The position numbers were made by a program, and so were the translations under genes. Under the pieces are notes generated by a model. The model saw nothing but the letters and a program-made list of their open reading frames with translations. It was not told where the DNA came from and did no database searches. Positions 20,240-27,710 of a stretch of 32,000 nucleotides of DNA are shown here, piece after piece (position 1 is the stretch's first letter; each line of letters opens with the position of its first letter). Source of the DNA: Mycobacterium tuberculosis H37Rv (lineage in GTDB: Bacteria; Actinomycetota; Actinomycetes; Mycobacteriales; Mycobacteriaceae); NCBI RefSeq assembly GCF_000195955.2, contig NC_000962.3, positions 2,340,001 to 2,372,000 of the forward strand. Reading direction: 5' to 3'.

Positions 20240-23200
20240 ATGCTGGTTTTGCACGGCTTCTGGTCCAACTCCGGCGGGATGCGGCTGTGGGCGGAGGACT
20301 CCGATCTGCTGGTGAAGAGCCCGAGTCAGGCGCTGCGCTCCGCGCGGCCACACCCGTTCGCGGCGCCCGCTGACCTGATCGCCGGCATACATCCGGGCAA
20401 ACCCGCAACCGCCGTTTTGCTGTTGCCGTCGTTGCGATCGGCGCCGCTGGACTCGCCGGAGCTGATCCGGCTCGCCCCGCGCCCGGCCGCGCGAACCGAT
20501 CCGATGCTGTTGGCGTGGACGGTACCGGTGGTGGACCTGGACCCCACCGCGGCGTTGGCCGCCTTCGACCAGCCCGCCCCCGACGTCCGCTACGGCGCGT
20601 CCGTCGACTACCTGGCCGAGCTGGCCGTTTTCGCGCGCGAGTTGGTCGAGCGTGGTCGCGTGCTGCCCCAGCTGCGCCGCGACACCCACGGCGCGGCCGC
20701 CTGCTGGCGTCCGGTGTTGCAGGGACGCGACGTGGTCGCGATGACCTCGCTGGTCTCGGCGATGCCGCCGGTCTGCCGCGCCGAAGTTGGTGGGCACGAC
20801 CCGCACGAACTGGCAACCTCGGCTCTGGACGCGATGGTCGACGCCGCCGTGCGCGCGGCGCTGTCACCGATGGACCTGCTGCCCCCGCGACGGGGTCGCT
20901 CCAAACGGCATCGGGCCGTGGAGGCTTGGCTGACCGCGTTGACCTGCCCGGACGGCCGGTTCGACGCGGAGCCCGACGAACTCGACGCGCTGGCCGAGGC
21001 GTTGCGGCCATGGGACGACGTCGGTATCGGCACCGTCGGCCCGGCGCGGGCGACGTTTCGGCTGTCCGAAGTCGAGACCGAAAACGAGGAGACGCCCGCG
21101 GGCTCGTTGTGGAGGCTGGAGTTCTTATTGCAGTCGACGCAGGACCCCAGCCTGCTGGTCCCCGCCGAGCAGGCATGGAACGACGACGGCAGCCTGCGCC
21201 GCTGGCTGGACCGGCCGCAGGAGCTGCTGCTGACCGAACTGGGCCGGGCCTCTCGGATTTTCCCCGAGCTCGTCCCGGCGCTGCGCACCGCGTGCCCGTC
21301 CGGGCTTGAGCTCGACGCCGACGGCGCCTACCGATTCCTGTCGGGTACGGCCGCGGTGCTCGACGAGGCTGGGTTTGGCGTGCTGCTGCCGTCCTGGTGG
21401 GACCGCCGCCGCAAGCTGGGCTTGGTCCTGTCCGCATATACCCCGGTCGACGGCGTGGTGGGCAAGGCCAGCAAGTTCGGCCGCGAGCAGCTCGTCGAGT
21501 TCCGCTGGGAGCTGGCCGTGGGCGACGATCCGCTCAGCGAGGAGGAGATCGCGGCGCTGACCGAAACCAAGTCCCCGCTGATCCGGCTGCGTGGCCAGTG
21601 GGTCGCGCTCGATACCGAACAGCTGCGCCGCGGGCTGGAGTTTTTGGAGCGTAAGCCAACCGGCCGCAAGACCACCGCCGAGATCCTCGCGCTGGCCGCC
21701 AGCCACCCCGACGACGTGGACACCCCGCTCGAGGTCACCGCCGTACGCGCCGACGGCTGGCTCGGGGACCTGCTCGCCGGGGCCGCCGCGGCGTCGCTGC
21801 AGCCGTTGGACCCGCCCGACGGATTCACCGCGACGCTGCGTCCCTACCAGCAGCGCGGTCTGGCGTGGCTGGCGTTTTTGTCCTCGCTCGGTTTGGGCAG
21901 CTGCCTGGCCGACGACATGGGCCTGGGCAAGACGGTGCAGCTATTGGCCCTGGAAACCTTGGAATCCGTTCAGCGCCACCAGGATCGCGGCGTCGGACCC
22001 ACACTGCTACTGTGCCCGATGTCGTTGGTGGGCAACTGGCCGCAGGAAGCGGCCAGGTTTGCACCCAACCTGCGGGTGTACGCCCACCACGGGGGCGCCC
22101 GGCTGCACGGCGAGGCGTTGCGCGACCACCTCGAGCGCACCGACCTGGTCGTGAGCACCTATACCACCGCCACCCGCGACATCGACGAGCTGGCGGAATA
22201 CGAATGGAACCGGGTGGTGCTGGACGAGGCCCAGGCGGTGAAGAACAGCCTGTCCCGGGCGGCCAAGGCGGTGCGACGGCTACGCGCGGCGCACCGGGTC
22301 GCGCTGACCGGGACACCGATGGAGAACCGGCTCGCCGAGCTGTGGTCGATCATGGACTTCCTCAACCCGGGCCTGCTCGGATCCTCCGAACGCTTCCGCA
22401 CCCGCTACGCGATCCCGATCGAGCGGCACGGGCACACCGAACCGGCCGAACGGCTGCGCGCATCGACGCGGCCCTACATCCTGCGCCGGCTCAAGACCGA
22501 CCCGGCGATCATCGACGATCTGCCGGAGAAGATCGAGATCAAGCAGTACTGCCAACTCACCACCGAGCAGGCGTCGCTGTATCAGGCCGTCGTCGCCGAC
22601 ATGATGGAAAAGATCGAAAACACCGAAGGGATCGAGCGGCGCGGCAACGTGCTGGCCGCGATGGCCAAGCTCAAACAGGTGTGCAACCACCCCGCCCAGC
22701 TGCTGCACGATCGCTCCCCGGTCGGTCGGCGGTCCGGGAAGGTGATCCGGCTCGAGGAGATCCTGGAAGAGATCCTGGCCGAGGGCGACCGGGTGCTGTG
22801 TTTTACCCAGTTCACCGAGTTCGCCGAGCTGCTGGTGCCGCACCTGGCCGCACGCTTCGGCCGTGCCGCCCGAGACATTGCCTACCTGCACGGTGGCACC
22901 CCGAGGAAGCGGCGTGACGAGATGGTGGCCCGGTTCCAGTCCGGTGACGGCCCGCCCATTTTTCTGCTGTCGTTGAAGGCGGGCGGTACCGGGCTGAACC
23001 TCACCGCCGCCAATCATGTTGTGCACCTGGACCGCTGGTGGAACCCGGCGGTCGAGAACCAGGCGACGGACCGGGCGTTTCGGATCGGGCAGCGGCGCAC
23101 GGTGCAGGTCCGCAAGTTCATCTGCACCGGCACCCTCGAGGAGAAGATCGACGAAATGATCGAGGAGAAAAAGGCGCTGGCCGACTTGGTGGTCACCGAC

Positions 23201-23281
23201 GGCGAAGGCTGGCTGACCGAACTGTCCACCCGCGATCTGCGCGAGGTGTTCGCGCTGTCCGAAGGCGCCGTCGGTGAGTAG
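20240..23281 (+). CDS. helZ: SNF2-family ATP-dependent helicase HelZ
   Basis: CLADDMGLGKTVQLLALETLE, VLDEAQAVKN, ALTGTPMENRLAELWSIMDF, FLLSLKAGGTGLNLTAANHVVHLDRWWNPAVENQATDRAFRIGQ. ATG 20240 preceded by AGAGAAGGA; the ORF track start at 20204 lacks this. Confidence 0.95.
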   Translation: MLVLHGFWSNSGGMRLWAEDSDLLVKSPSQALRSARPHPFAAPADLIAGIHPGKPATAVLLLPSLRSAPLDSPELIRLAPRPAARTDPMLLAWTVPVVDLDPTAALAAFDQPAPDVRYGASVDYLAELAVFARELVERGRVLPQLRRDTHGAAACWRPVLQGRDVVAMTSLVSAMPPVCRAEVGGHDPHELATSALDAMVDAAVRAALSPMDLLPPRRGRSKRHRAVEAWLTALTCPDGRFDAEPDELDALAEALRPWDDVGIGTVGPARATFRLSEVETENEETPAGSLWRLEFLLQSTQDPSLLVPAEQAWNDDGSLRRWLDRPQELLLTELGRASRIFPELVPALRTACPSGLELDADGAYRFLSGTAAVLDEAGFGVLLPSWWDRRRKLGLVLSAYTPVDGVVGKASKFGREQLVEFRWELAVGDDPLSEEEIAALTETKSPLIRLRGQWVALDTEQLRRGLEFLERKPTGRKTTAEILALAASHPDDVDTPLEVTAVRADGWLGDLLAGAAAASLQPLDPPDGFTATLRPYQQRGLAWLAFLSSLGLGSCLADDMGLGKTVQLLALETLESVQRHQDRGVGPTLLLCPMSLVGNWPQEAARFAPNLRVYAHHGGARLHGEALRDHLERTDLVVSTYTTATRDIDELAEYEWNRVVLDEAQAVKNSLSRAAKAVRRLRAAHRVALTGTPMENRLAELWSIMDFLNPGLLGSSERFRTRYAIPIERHGHTEPAERLRASTRPYILRRLKTDPAIIDDLPEKIEIKQYCQLTTEQASLYQAVVADMMEKIENTEGIERRGNVLAAMAKLKQVCNHPAQLLHDRSPVGRRSGKVIRLEEILEEILAEGDRVLCFTQFTEFAELLVPHLAARFGRAARDIAYLHGGTPRKRRDEMVARFQSGDGPPIFLLSLKAGGTGLNLTAANHVVHLDRWWNPAVENQATDRAFRIGQRRTVQVRKFICTGTLEEKIDEMIEEKKALADLVVTDGEGWLTELSTRDLREVFALSEGAVGE

Positions 23282-24107
23282 CACCTGGTATCCACCACCG
23301 TCCCGGCCCCGTCCGGTCGAGGGTGGGATCAAGGCGCGCAGCACCCGCGGCGCGATCGCGCAGACCTGGTGGTCGGAGCGGTTCATTGCGGTGCTGGAGG
23401 ACATCGGCCTGGGTAACCGGCTGCAGCGTGGCCGCAGCTATGCGCGCAAGGGGCAGGTGATCTCGCTGCAGGTGGATGCCGGCTTGGTCACCGCGCTGGT
23501 GCAGGGCAGCCGGGCCCGGCCGTACCGGATCCGCATCGGGATTCCGGCGTTCGGCAAGTCGCAATGGGCGCACGTCGAGCGAACCCTGGCCGAAAACGCT
23601 TGGTACGCAGCAAAATTGCTGTCCGGCGAAATGCCCGAAGACATCGAGGACGTCTTCGCCGGCCTGGGCCTGTCGCTATTCCCCGGCACCGCCCGAGAGC
23701 TATCACTGGACTGCTCCTGCCCCGACTACGCGGTCCCATGCAAGCACCTGGCCGCCACCTTCTACTTGCTGGCCGAGTCCTTCGACGAGGATCCGTTCGC
23801 CATCCTGGCGTGGCGTGGCCGCGAGCGGGAGGATCTGCTGGCCAACCTGGCCGCTGCCCGCGCCGACGGAGCGGCACCGGCCGCCGACCACGCCGAACAA
23901 GTGGCCCAGCCGCTCACCGACTGCCTAGACCGCTATTACGCCCGGCAGGCCGACATCAATGTCCCCAGCCCGCCGGCAACCCCATCGACGGCATTGCTCG
24001 ACCAGCTGCCCGACACCGGACTCAGCGCCCGCGGACGGCCGCTGACCGAGCTCCTGCGACCCGCCTATCACGCCCTGACGCACCATCACAACAGCGCGGG
24101 CGGCTGA
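23274..24107 (+). CDS. SWIM zinc-finger domain protein (Rv2102-like), likely partner of the upstream SNF2 helicase
   Basis: CSCPDYAVPCKHLAATFYLLAESFDEDPFAILAWRG is a SWIM CxCx(n)CxH motif; GTG start overlaps the helZ stop by 8 bp. Confidence 0.88.
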   Translation: MSSTWYPPPSRPRPVEGGIKARSTRGAIAQTWWSERFIAVLEDIGLGNRLQRGRSYARKGQVISLQVDAGLVTALVQGSRARPYRIRIGIPAFGKSQWAHVERTLAENAWYAAKLLSGEMPEDIEDVFAGLGLSLFPGTARELSLDCSCPDYAVPCKHLAATFYLLAESFDEDPFAILAWRGREREDLLANLAAARADGAAPAADHAEQVAQPLTDCLDRYYARQADINVPSPPATPSTALLDQLPDTGLSARGRPLTELLRPAYHALTHHHNSAGG

Positions 24108-24523
24108 TCCCAGCGCACCCCTTCGAATCGGCCGAAGTCACTGTCGTAGGACACGATGCTGGCGCGATGCTCGACGGCAAGCGCGGCCAGATGCGCGTCG
24201 TTGACCAGGTTGGCACCGGTTCCCACGTACGTCAGCATTCTCGCCAGGATATCGGCGTGCCGGACGGTCGGATTCACCAAGACGGCGCTGGGTGCGGCTA
24301 GCCAATCCGCGACCTGGGTGATGGCCGCCTCCCGCGGAAGCGGACGGGGGAACAACCCCACCTTGGTCGCCAATCGCACGAACGCCAACAACGGCACCCA
24401 GGCGAACCCGACGCGGTCGGCGCCCGACAGCGCACCGTCAAGCCAGCGCAGCGACGGCTTGTGGTGCTCACTTGTGGTGTTCACGGCGTAGAGCAAGACG
24501 TTCGCGTCGACGATCTTCATCAA
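24086..24523 (-). CDS. vapC37: PIN-domain toxin VapC37
   Basis: MMKIVDANVLLYAVN..., H.P...WLDGAL, D..LAALAVEHRASIVSYDSDFGRF; 3 bp downstream of the antitoxin gene. Confidence 0.9.
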   Translation of the reverse strand: MMKIVDANVLLYAVNTTSEHHKPSLRWLDGALSGADRVGFAWVPLLAFVRLATKVGLFPRPLPREAAITQVADWLAAPSAVLVNPTVRHADILARMLTYVGTGANLVNDAHLAALAVEHRASIVSYDSDFGRFEGVRWDQPPALL

Positions 24524-24526
24524 CCG

Positions 24527-24781
24527 CTATGACCCGCGGCGTTGACGGCGCACAAGCTCTTCGTCCTCGAGGTCGGCCGCAAGCTGCAAGGCCCGGTCGA
24601 GGTTGACCGCAGGGACGCCCAAGTCTGCCGTGCGGGTGCTGAAGTGACTCGGCGCAGGTCGCCCGGAGGCGCCGTCGCGAATCGCGTCGTTGAGGGCCTT
24701 CTTGAAGGACACTTGCCGCTCGGCCATCCGGCGCCTTACCAACTGCTCGACGTCGTCATCCAATGTGACAGTCGTCCGCAT
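24527..24781 (-). CDS. vapB37: Antitoxin VapB37
   Basis: MRTTVTLDDDVEQLVRRRMAERQVSFKKALNDAIRDG ribbon-helix-helix-type N-terminus; adjacent to vapC. Confidence 0.9.
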   Translation of the reverse strand: MRTTVTLDDDVEQLVRRRMAERQVSFKKALNDAIRDGASGRPAPSHFSTRTADLGVPAVNLDRALQLAADLEDEELVRRQRRGS

Positions 24782-24842
24782 TTTGATAGCATAGCATCAA
24801 GATTGTCGACAGCATCTCGTCAATCGGCGCGCGGGCCCGTCA

Positions 24843-25045
24843 CTAATCCGGCGATTCGCCGTCGGACTGGGAGTCTTTGGCGCCCGTGGAACCCCTTTGT
24901 GTCCCTTGGCATCTTTGCGATCCAGTTCCCGCAGCCGTTTTCCCAACGCGGCACCCGCGATGCGCCGAAACGCGCGCCGTAGCCGGTCGGCGTCGAGCAC
25001 GGCCACCTCCAGGGTGGCCAGGGGTGGGTTGAGCACCACGGTCGT
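24843..25045 (-). pseudogene. Relic copy of the 3' end of prcA (frameshifted)
   Basis: Reverse-strand [27 protein letters not shown]... matches the prcA tail [27 protein letters not shown]...; in another frame KDSQSDGESPD* matches the prcA end [11 protein letters not shown]. Nucleotide match of 24959-25040 to 29055-29140 judged high by eye. Confidence 0.75.
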
Positions 25046-25209
25046 GAACGTCATTCGCGGTAGCCCGACTCGGCGACCTCGAGCAGTCGACACGCCTTCT
25101 GCACGGGAAGTCCTTCTGCGGCCATCGTTGCTATGGCCGCTTACTGCCTTCTAGTCCGTGCGGCTCTCGCAACAGCTCACGGGACCTTTTTGAGGATCGC
25201 CACTTCAGG

Positions 25210-25321
25210 TCTTCAACTCGCGGATGCCCTCATTGGCAACGTTTGCGCCTGCCTTGGGGCGGCCGGCAGCCACCAAGTCGAGCACTTTGCGGCGGAACTA
25301 CTCGGGGTAACACTTCGGCAC
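25210..25321 (-). pseudogene. Transposase OrfA N-terminal remnant with in-frame stop
   Basis: Reverse strand from 25321: V P K C Y P E * F R R K V L D L V A A G R P K A G A N V A N E G I R E L K T *, resembling the 'PK.YPPEFRRKVLDLVAAGRP' start of IS3-family OrfA proteins. Confidence 0.6.
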
Positions 25322-25464
25322 GGACACGGCTCGTTCGACGGACGTCGTGACCAGAAGTCGAGCAAACCGACTCCACTCTAGCTAGTGATACAAGCTTTTT
25401 TGTAGCCGCGCGATGAACCGCCCCGGCATGTCCGGAGACTCCAGTTCTTGGAAAGGATGGGGTC

Positions 25465-25791
25465 ATGTCAGGTGGTTCATCGAGGAGGTACCCGCCGGAG
25501 CTGCGTGAGCGGGCGGTGCGGATGGTCGCAGAGATCCGCGGTCAGCACGATTCGGAGTGGGCAGCGATCAGTGAGGTCGCCCGTCTACTTGGTGTTGGCT
25601 GCGCGGAGACGGTGCGTAAGTGGGTGCGCCAGGCGCAGGTCGATGCCGGCGCACGGCCCGGGACCACGACCGAAGAATCCGCTGAGCTGAAGCGCTTGCG
25701 GCGGGACAACGCCGAATTGCGAAGGGCGAACGCGATTTTAAAGACCGCGTCGGCTTTCTTCGCGGCCGAGCTCGACCGGCCAGCACGCTAA
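25465..25791 (+). CDS. IS6110 transposase OrfA
   Basis: MSGGSSRRYPPELRERAVRMVAEIRGQHDSEWAAISEVARLLGVGCAETVRKWVRQAQVDAG...ILKTASAFFAAELDRPAR. Confidence 0.97.
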   Translation: MSGGSSRRYPPELRERAVRMVAEIRGQHDSEWAAISEVARLLGVGCAETVRKWVRQAQVDAGARPGTTTEESAELKRLRRDNAELRRANAILKTASAFFAAELDRPAR

Positions 25792-26726
25792 TTACCCGGT
25801 TCATCGCCGATCATCAGGGCCACCGCGAGGGCCCCGATGGTTTGCGGTGGGGTGTCGAGTCGATCTGCACACAGCTGACCGAGCTGGGTGTGCCGATCGC
25901 CCCATCGACCTACTACGACCACATCAACCGGGAGCCCAGCCGCCGCGAGCTGCGCGATGGCGAACTCAAGGAGCACATCAGCCGCGTCCACGCCGCCAAC
26001 TACGGTGTTTACGGTGCCCGCAAAGTGTGGCTAACCCTGAACCGTGAGGGCATCGAGGTGGCCAGATGCACCGTCGAACGGCTGATGACCAAACTCGGCC
26101 TGTCCGGGACCACCCGCGGCAAAGCCCGCAGGACCACGATCGCTGATCCGGCCACAGCCCGTCCCGCCGATCTCGTCCAGCGCCGCTTCGGACCACCAGC
26201 ACCTAACCGGCTGTGGGTAGCAGACCTCACCTATGTGTCGACCTGGGCAGGGTTCGCCTACGTGGCCTTTGTCACCGACGCCTACGCTCGCAGGATCCTG
26301 GGCTGGCGGGTCGCTTCCACGATGGCCACCTCCATGGTCCTCGACGCGATCGAGCAAGCCATCTGGACCCGCCAACAAGAAGGCGTACTCGACCTGAAAG
26401 ACGTTATCCACCATACGGATAGGGGATCTCAGTACACATCGATCCGGTTCAGCGAGCGGCTCGCCGAGGCAGGCATCCAACCGTCGGTCGGAGCGGTCGG
26501 AAGCTCCTATGACAATGCACTAGCCGAGACGATCAACGGCCTATACAAGACCGAGCTGATCAAACCCGGCAAGCCCTGGCGGTCCATCGAGGATGTCGAG
26601 TTGGCCACCGCGCGCTGGGTCGACTGGTTCAACCATCGCCGCCTCTACCAGTACTGCGGCGACGTCCCGCCGGTCGAACTCGAGGCTGCCTACTACGCTC
26701 AACGCCAGAGACCAGCCGCCGGCTGA
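25740..26726 (+). CDS. IS6110 transposase OrfB (DDE integrase), expressed as an OrfAB fusion by -1 frameshifting
   Basis: DLTYVSTWAGFAYVAFVTDAYARRILGWRV, HHTDRGSQYTSIRFSERLAEAGIQPSVGAVGSSYDNALAETINGLYKTE; TTTTAAAG slippery sequence at 25736-25743. ATG-start ORF from 25842. Confidence 0.95.
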   Translation, partial: KDRVGFLRGRARPASTLITRFIADHQGHREGPDGLRWGVESICTQLTELGVPIAPSTYYDHINREPSRRELRDGELKEHISRVHAANYGVYGARKVWLTLNREGIEVARCTVERLMTKLGLSGTTRGKARRTTIADPATARPADLVQRRFGPPAPNRLWVADLTYVSTWAGFAYVAFVTDAYARRILGWRVASTMATSMVLDAIEQAIWTRQQEGVLDLKDVIHHTDRGSQYTSIRFSERLAEAGIQPSVGAVGSSYDNALAETINGLYKTELIKPGKPWRSIEDVELATARWVDWFNHRRLYQYCGDVPPVELEAAYYAQRQRPAAG

Positions 26727-26834
26727 GGTCTCAGATCAGAGAGTCTCCGGACTCACCGGGGCGGTTCACGATTGGGCCGCCCGTAAGGAATGCGTCATGA
26801 GCGACTTCGCATCACGGGCGACCAATCATTAATT

Positions 26835-26851
26835 TGTCAAACCCTTTGACA
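26835..26851. promoter_or_regulatory. Perfect 7-3-7 inverted repeat TGTCAAA-CCC-TTTGACA in an AT-rich stretch, containing a TTGACA hexamer; candidate operator/promoter element
   Basis: Read directly from sequence; located upstream of PE22/PPE36 in locally AT-rich DNA. Confidence 0.4.
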
Positions 26852-26975
26852 TGCACTACTTGTCCACATTTTGTACACGAAATACCTAACACACTATGGT
26901 GCACATCACGCACTTCCACGTTCCGTATTCGGTGTACGATTTTGTCACGCAACTAAGCGTTCAAGAGGGAGTACT

Positions 26976-27038
26976 ATGACTCATCCAAAAGTAAAAGATG
27001 ACATAGAAATAGAAGAGTCGTGGTTCCGGTGCGGGTAG
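26976..27038 (+). CDS. Possible 20-aa leader/small ORF MTHPKVKDDIEIEESWFRCG
   Basis: ATG preceded by AGAGGGAG at 7-nt spacing; non-Ala/Gly-rich composition; no homology check possible. Confidence 0.3.
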   Translation: MTHPKVKDDIEIEESWFRCG

Positions 27039-27358
27039 CTCCCGATGGCTTGACTGTGGTAAGCACCAGTGGCGTGTTCCCCGTGGTTGAGACCAGGAAG
27101 TTTTAAAGTCCTACAGCCCGCGGTATTCCGCAGAGGACATTGTGTGCATTTCGCACCTTCGGGTGGGAGAAATCGGGATGATCTCACCACCGGCCACCGG
27201 TGGGCGCACTTTGTACCCTTCGATTCCGTTATTCGGCGGATTTAAGCAGTTCGCACCATTACCAAGCAGCCAATGAGGAAGAGCGCAGGTGACTAGGTCG
27301 CTTGATCTTTCCCTGTGCAGTAGCTCGGGTTCTTTGAGTTTCGAGGAGGAGAAACCAC

Positions 27359-27655
27359 ATGTCCTTTGTGAATGTAGACCCATTTGGGATGTTGGCGGCA
27401 GCTGCGACACTGGAGTCCCTTGGTTCCCACATGGCGGTAAGCAATGCCGCGGTGGCCTCGGTGACCACCAAGGTTCCTCCCCCGGCCGCCGACTACGTAT
27501 CAAAAAAGTTATCGCTGTTCTTTAGTAGCCACGGGCAGCAGTACCAGGTGCAAGCCGCTCGGGGCACGGCCTTTCATCGAAAATTGGTCCGGACCCTGGC
27601 GAATGGCGCGCTTGCGTATGAGGAAGTCGAGATCGCCAACAACGAAGGTTTCTAA
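27359..27655 (+). CDS. PE22: PE family protein PE22
   Basis: MSFVNVDPFGMLAAAATLESLGSHMAVSNAAVASVTTKVPPPAADYVSKKLSLFFSSHGQQYQ, 98 aa, RBS GAGGAGGAG. Confidence 0.93.
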   Translation: MSFVNVDPFGMLAAAATLESLGSHMAVSNAAVASVTTKVPPPAADYVSKKLSLFFSSHGQQYQVQAARGTAFHRKLVRTLANGALAYEEVEIANNEGF

Positions 27656-27710
27656 CGTGTCGCCAGTTACGCACGAGTGGCTACCAGCGAGTACAAGGGA
27701 GTAACGAATT

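Larger units (their letters stand above)
25414..26768 (+). mobile_element. IS6110 (IS3 family), complete 1355 bp
   Basis: Imperfect terminal inverted repeats TGAACCGCCCCGGCATGTCCGGAGACTC (25414-25441) and GAGTCTCCGGACTCACCGGGGCGGTTCA (26741-26768); flanked by direct repeat CGA at 25411-25413 and 26769-26771. Confidence 0.98.

Noticed and set aside
20151-21437. 428-aa reverse ORF antisense to helZ
   Set aside because: Arg/Pro/Ser-rich shadow of a well-supported SNF2 helicase gene.
24797-25093. 98-aa reverse ORF as an independent gene
   Set aside because: Its similarity to the prcA tail and the frame change near its end fit a relic better than a functional gene.
25230-25466. 78-aa reverse ORF crossing the left end of IS6110
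   Set aside because: Begins inside IS6110 and runs into the decayed OrfA remnant in the wrong frame; likely not a gene.
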